From: Marispirochaeta sp.
GTDB taxonomy: Bacteria; Spirochaetota; Spirochaetia; JC444; Marispirochaetaceae
Assembly: GCA_963676835.2 (NCBI GenBank)
Contig: CAXXFF010000001.1
Coordinates: forward strand, 416,001-480,000
Direction: 5' to 3'
DNA: 64,000 bases
This document shows positions 60,098 through 64,000 of this stretch, one piece after another. A program made the translations under genes and the position numbers. Each line of letters starts with the position of its first letter. Position 1 is the stretch's first letter. The notes beneath the pieces are model-generated. The model searched no databases, was not told the origin of the DNA, and saw only the letters and a list, made by a program, of their open reading frames with translations.

Positions 60098-60559
60098 ATG
60101 GATGCAGAAATAATAAACCTTTTTCTTGGCTCAGCCATTTCAATCTTCAATGACATGTTCGGTTTGCGGGTAAAATCCTGTCCTGCCTATGTACTGGGCA
60201 AGGAGATAAATCACCGATGGGAAATCTCCGGTCTTTTAGGCATTACCGGAGACTACTCGGGTATTATCTCTTTTCGTCTTTCTACACTGCTTGCGGATAA
60301 ACTGCTGGAAAAATCGGGCATTTTTCTAAACGATGAGGCAGACAGACAGGACACCATCAACAGCATGGTGGGTGAACTTACCAACATTATTTCATCTACT
60401 GTTTCCAACAGATTAAAAGGAAAATCAGTAAGCATCAGCCCTCCGGCAGTGGTTATGGGCCGGAACCATCAGATCGGCTGGCCCAGAACCGCACCGGTAA
60501 TTGCTATCCCTTTTTCCACCCAGTACGCCCCCTTTGAGGTGGCAGTCTGCATGGGCTAA
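60098..60559 (+). CDS. cheX: Chemotaxis phosphatase CheX family
   Basis: ISGLLGITGD..G, GELTNII, ISPP.VV.G. Confidence 0.85.
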   Translation: MDAEIINLFLGSAISIFNDMFGLRVKSCPAYVLGKEINHRWEISGLLGITGDYSGIISFRLSTLLADKLLEKSGIFLNDEADRQDTINSMVGELTNIISSTVSNRLKGKSVSISPPAVVMGRNHQIGWPRTAPVIAIPFSTQYAPFEVAVCMG

Positions 60560-60564
60560 AAAAA

Positions 60565-60585
60565 TGCACCCCGCTGTGAGGTGCA
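60565..60585. terminator. Possible terminator hairpin between convergent genes
   Basis: TGCACC-N9-GGTGCA preceded by an A-run. Confidence 0.45.
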
Positions 60586-60628
60586 AGTTGAGATACATAA
60601 TAAAGTGCATATTTAAGCGAAAACAGTC

Positions 60629-61279
60629 TCAGTCGTTCTGCTGTTTCTTTCTTCGGGTATTAACGAAGCGGTGAAAGTCGTTGATGTTTTTTACAATTAT
60701 GCGGTCGTTCATAATATCAACCCGCCGCTGGGCAACAAAATGGTTCAGAATCTGGCGAACCTTCTCCGGTCCCATCCCCGCCCAGTGGGCAATATCATCG
60801 ACACTGCTCATAAAGGTTCTCTCATCGGTTTCCGCATCCTGCCGGGGCTGGGTTTCCGCCAGCATGAGAAACACATCCGCAACCTTTGCCTGTTCATCAT
60901 CCAGGGTAAGGATCATAAAGCGGCGCTTCTGATCATATACACGCTTGGTAAACAGCTTAAGCAGCTTCAGGGCAATCTGGGGATTTCCCTGCATCAGCAC
61001 TTCGAAGTTCTCCTGGTTAAACTCCAACAGCTTGCAGTCGTCCAGGGCTATAGCTGTTGCCGAACGGGGTGAATCCTCCAGAATAGCCATTTCACCGAAG
61101 ATCTCTCCCGGATGCAGAATATCCAGGTTCTTTTCCAGATCTTCCATTATTTTGACTATCTGAACCCTTCCGGACTGGATAAGGTAAAAGGTATCTCCCG
61201 GTTCATGTTCACAGAAGATTATTTCGTCTTTATCAAAGGTAACCGCAAAGCGGTTGAACATGGACATGTCCAGAGCCAT
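60629..61279 (-). CDS. Crp/Fnr-family cNMP-binding regulator
   Basis: IFGEMAILEDSPRSATA; C-terminal HTH-like region. Confidence 0.88.
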   Translation of the reverse strand: MALDMSMFNRFAVTFDKDEIIFCEHEPGDTFYLIQSGRVQIVKIMEDLEKNLDILHPGEIFGEMAILEDSPRSATAIALDDCKLLEFNQENFEVLMQGNPQIALKLLKLFTKRVYDQKRRFMILTLDDEQAKVADVFLMLAETQPRQDAETDERTFMSSVDDIAHWAGMGPEKVRQILNHFVAQRRVDIMNDRIIVKNINDFHRFVNTRRKKQQND

Positions 61280-62268
61280 TATGCATTCCCCTCCAGAGCT
61301 TTCAGCGCCTTGGTGGCCTTGCGGTGAACCTGGTCATCGCTGCTGGTCATGCTGAGTATTTTCTTGTACAGACCCACCGCCTTGGGGGTGGTGCCCTGTC
61401 TTTCATATGAGTTCGCCACATAGAAAAGGGCTTCAGAAAGATCGGGATGTTTTGGATAGCGCTGAATAAGGCCGGTAAAATGGTTTACCGTATCTTCATA
61501 CTTGTTCATGGCGTAATAGCAGCGGCCGATCTCGTAATAGGCCTTGGCCACATACTCATCGTCTCCCGCCTGATTAACCAGCACCTTAAACTCTTTTAAA
61601 GCTTCATCATATTTCTGCTGACTGAAGAGACTGACAGCGTTGTAATAGTCTTTTGCCCCGGCAGTAAGTTCTGCGCCTCGTGCGGCGGGCCTTACTTCGT
61701 TGCGGTTTTCGTTTTTCAGAGGAACATTCCGCTGGCTGTACTGCTCCGCCACGGAAATGTTGGCAGTGGCTTCTTCCGAGTATTTTCCCTGGGGATAATA
61801 CATCAGGTAGCGCTGAAAGGTAGAAAGAGCCTGGCGGTATCTCTTGTTTTTCAGGTAATACTCACCGATCTGAAAAAGTCCCTCTTCCGGATCAGTTTCG
61901 GCATTGCCGGTCTGGAGAAGATTCTGTACCTGCTTGTGTATGCGCCGCAGCTGGTTGGAGAAGACCTTGAGCATCTTCATTATGATTCGGGTATTCTTCA
62001 GAACAACCTGCTCAAACTCAGGGACACTGAAGACAATCATGGTTGAATCGGCCAGCACCATGGCAGTCTCCTCCCTCGGATATTTTCCCAGGGAAGATTT
62101 TACCCCGAAGAACTCACCGGTTTTGATCTGGTCATTAATCTCCTGTCCGGTTTCTATATCGTTGTACCGGAGATTAACCCGTCCTGTTTTGAGAATATAA
62201 ATTTTTTCACTTGCATCGCCCCGGAAGTAAACAACCGAGTTGGCCTTGAAACTCATTGACTTCGGCAT
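61279..62268 (-). CDS. cNMP-binding domain + TPR protein
   Basis: GEFFG...PREETA followed by TPR repeats. Confidence 0.85.
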   Translation of the reverse strand: MPKSMSFKANSVVYFRGDASEKIYILKTGRVNLRYNDIETGQEINDQIKTGEFFGVKSSLGKYPREETAMVLADSTMIVFSVPEFEQVVLKNTRIIMKMLKVFSNQLRRIHKQVQNLLQTGNAETDPEEGLFQIGEYYLKNKRYRQALSTFQRYLMYYPQGKYSEEATANISVAEQYSQRNVPLKNENRNEVRPAARGAELTAGAKDYYNAVSLFSQQKYDEALKEFKVLVNQAGDDEYVAKAYYEIGRCYYAMNKYEDTVNHFTGLIQRYPKHPDLSEALFYVANSYERQGTTPKAVGLYKKILSMTSSDDQVHRKATKALKALEGNA

Positions 62269-62421
62269 TGCTGGTACTTCTTACCTCGCTCTGAAAAAGT
62301 GTACCGATAGAGCGAAGGTGCTGTCAATCTCCGCCCGTACTCTTTATACTATCGGAAGATTTCGGGTCAAACGGAAGTAAATAGATGAGAAAAGCCGGAC
62401 TTAACAGCCTCAGGAGACAAA

Positions 62422-63261
62422 ATGATCGATCTGCACCTTCATTCAACCTCATCTGACGGCAGATTCACCCCGGCTGAGCTGGTAGAAAAGGCAGCAGGCG
62501 GCAAAACCACCTGTATAGCCCTTACGGATCATGACACCTTAAGCGGAATCGGGGAGTTTCTGGAAGCCGGCACAGCTGCAGGAATAGTCACTATTCCCGG
62601 AGTCGAACTCTCTGTGGAATTTCCCCGTGGTGAGATGCACCTTCTGGCATATGCCTTCGCCCCTGCTGTACTGGAACAAACCGGGATTCTGCAGCGCATC
62701 CGGGATCTCAGGCATCAGCGCAACCGGCAGATATTCAAGCTGATGCAGGAGAGCGGAATTAAAATAGACTATGACAGCTGGTGTTCGGCCATAGATACCG
62801 CGGTGCCCGGCCGTCCCCATATGGCAGACCTGCTCATAGAAATGAAAATGGCCGGCAGCCGGCGGGAAGCCTTCGAACGTTACCTGTCCGAAGGGCGGCC
62901 CTTTTTTCTTCCCCGTAAAAACCTGAGCTTAAGTGAGTGTCTGTCAGCCATAAAAAAAGCCGGAGGAATCAGCTCCGTTGCCCATCCCCTCTCCCTGCAG
63001 ATTTCCCGGGGAAGCTTAAGCGAGTATATACCCCGCTGGAAGGACGACGGCATCGATGCCATAGAGACCGTTCACCCGACAATCAACCGTGATCAGAGCC
63101 GCAGACTCACTGCAGAAGCGGAAGCGGCGGGACTGCTCTGCAGCGGCGGATCCGATTTCCACGGCATGCCCGGAGACAAGCGTTTCTTCGGAAAAACCTC
63201 CTGGGGAAGCCCCATCCCCTCAGACCTGACCATTATGAGCAGGATTTTACCACCGACCTGA
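62422..63261 (+). CDS. PHP-domain phosphoesterase (TrpH/YciV-like)
   Basis: DLHLHSTSSDG, LTDHD, GVELS, AHP, GGSDFHG. Confidence 0.9.
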   Translation: MIDLHLHSTSSDGRFTPAELVEKAAGGKTTCIALTDHDTLSGIGEFLEAGTAAGIVTIPGVELSVEFPRGEMHLLAYAFAPAVLEQTGILQRIRDLRHQRNRQIFKLMQESGIKIDYDSWCSAIDTAVPGRPHMADLLIEMKMAGSRREAFERYLSEGRPFFLPRKNLSLSECLSAIKKAGGISSVAHPLSLQISRGSLSEYIPRWKDDGIDAIETVHPTINRDQSRRLTAEAEAAGLLCSGGSDFHGMPGDKRFFGKTSWGSPIPSDLTIMSRILPPT

Positions 63262-63309
63262 ATATTCCGCTTGCCCGGTTAGCATACTTTATCCTATGAT
63301 AAACCAACT

Positions 63310-64000
63310 ATGATCAGCAGTCTCGGCCGATGGTTTCTTAACAAAGTAGAAGAGTTTGCATATGGCGCCGGTTTCTTTTTTCTGGTTCTCAAGGAAGCCG
63401 CTCTTTTTATGCGCCGAAAGCAGGTAGGCTTCCGGGTGCTGGTAATGCAGATTCTGTTTACCGGCTTCGAAGCACTGGCTATTACCGGTCTTATTGCCAT
63501 GGCCCTGGGTGCGGTAATCATAATCCAGGGAGTAAGCCTCCTGCCCCAGTTCGGTCAGGGTGAGCTGATCTATACCATTCTGATAACCGTAATAACCAGA
63601 GAGCTTGGTCCGCTTTTAACGGCCTTTATCATTACCGCCCGGTCCGGGACCGCAATAGCAACAGAACTTGGAAACATGGTTATTTCCCATGAAATCGAGG
63701 CCTATGTTTCGGTGGGTATAAATCCCATCAGCTATCTGGTGGTTCCCCGCTTTCTGGGAGTAACCATTTCACTGCTCATTTTAAATATCTATTTCAATAT
63801 TTTCGGCCTTGTAGGGTCCTATTTCCTTACCCAGTTTATAAAACCAATTCAGTTTCTTGAGTATTTCGGCAATCTCCTTGGTCAGATCCGGGCAGCCGAT
63901 ATTGCCTCTTCCTTCGTAAAGAGCCTTGTTTTCGGTGTCATTATCAGTACCGTTGCCACCTATAACGGATTTGCCGTACAGCAGGCATCCACCGAAATCC
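63310..64000 (+). CDS. mlaE: MlaE-family ABC permease, truncated by the right edge
   Basis: Manual translation from ATG 63310: QILFTGFEAL...RELGPLLTAFIITARSGTAIATELGNM...LVVPR. Confidence 0.85.
   Translation, partial: MISSLGRWFLNKVEEFAYGAGFFFLVLKEAALFMRRKQVGFRVLVMQILFTGFEALAITGLIAMALGAVIIIQGVSLLPQFGQGELIYTILITVITRELGPLLTAFIITARSGTAIATELGNMVISHEIEAYVSVGINPISYLVVPRFLGVTISLLILNIYFNIFGLVGSYFLTQFIKPIQFLEYFGNLLGQIRAADIASSFVKSLVFGVIISTVATYNGFAVQQASTEI

Overview
This 64-kb window looks like chromosome from a free-living spirochaete (Spirochaetia). The evidence is the flgF-flgG-flgA-flgI-flgJ rod/P-ring cluster without flgH, a sigma54-driven rpoS-like gene in Borrelia-like gene order, and cheX. (1) 1-21.8 kb is a cell-surface region with recQ, an SF1 helicase and several FN3/Ig-repeat lipoproteins. 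It contains two tandem, tightly coupled modules, each an [outer-membrane beta-barrel / transglutaminase-like Cys-His-Glu / TPR] protein followed by an Ig-like surface lipoprotein. This pairing is my best candidate for an undescribed system. A lipoprotein at the left edge may carry a circularly permuted papain-family protease. (2) 22-33 kb is housekeeping and flagellar. (3) 33.3-46.1 kb holds tRNA-Thr(CGT) followed by two stacked islands, neither with an integrase. Each is closed by a ~180-bp diverged direct repeat ending in the tRNA 3' half. Island 1 carries McrBC, a Type I R-M system and a YafQ-like toxin with an oversized partner. Island 2 carries vapB and a nonsense-inactivated vapC. (4) 46-64 kb holds higBA, PAS histidine kinases, a CheB/CheR fusion, cheX, Crp-like genes, a PHP phosphoesterase and the start of mlaE. 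All calls come from motif recognition by eye; no database searches were run.
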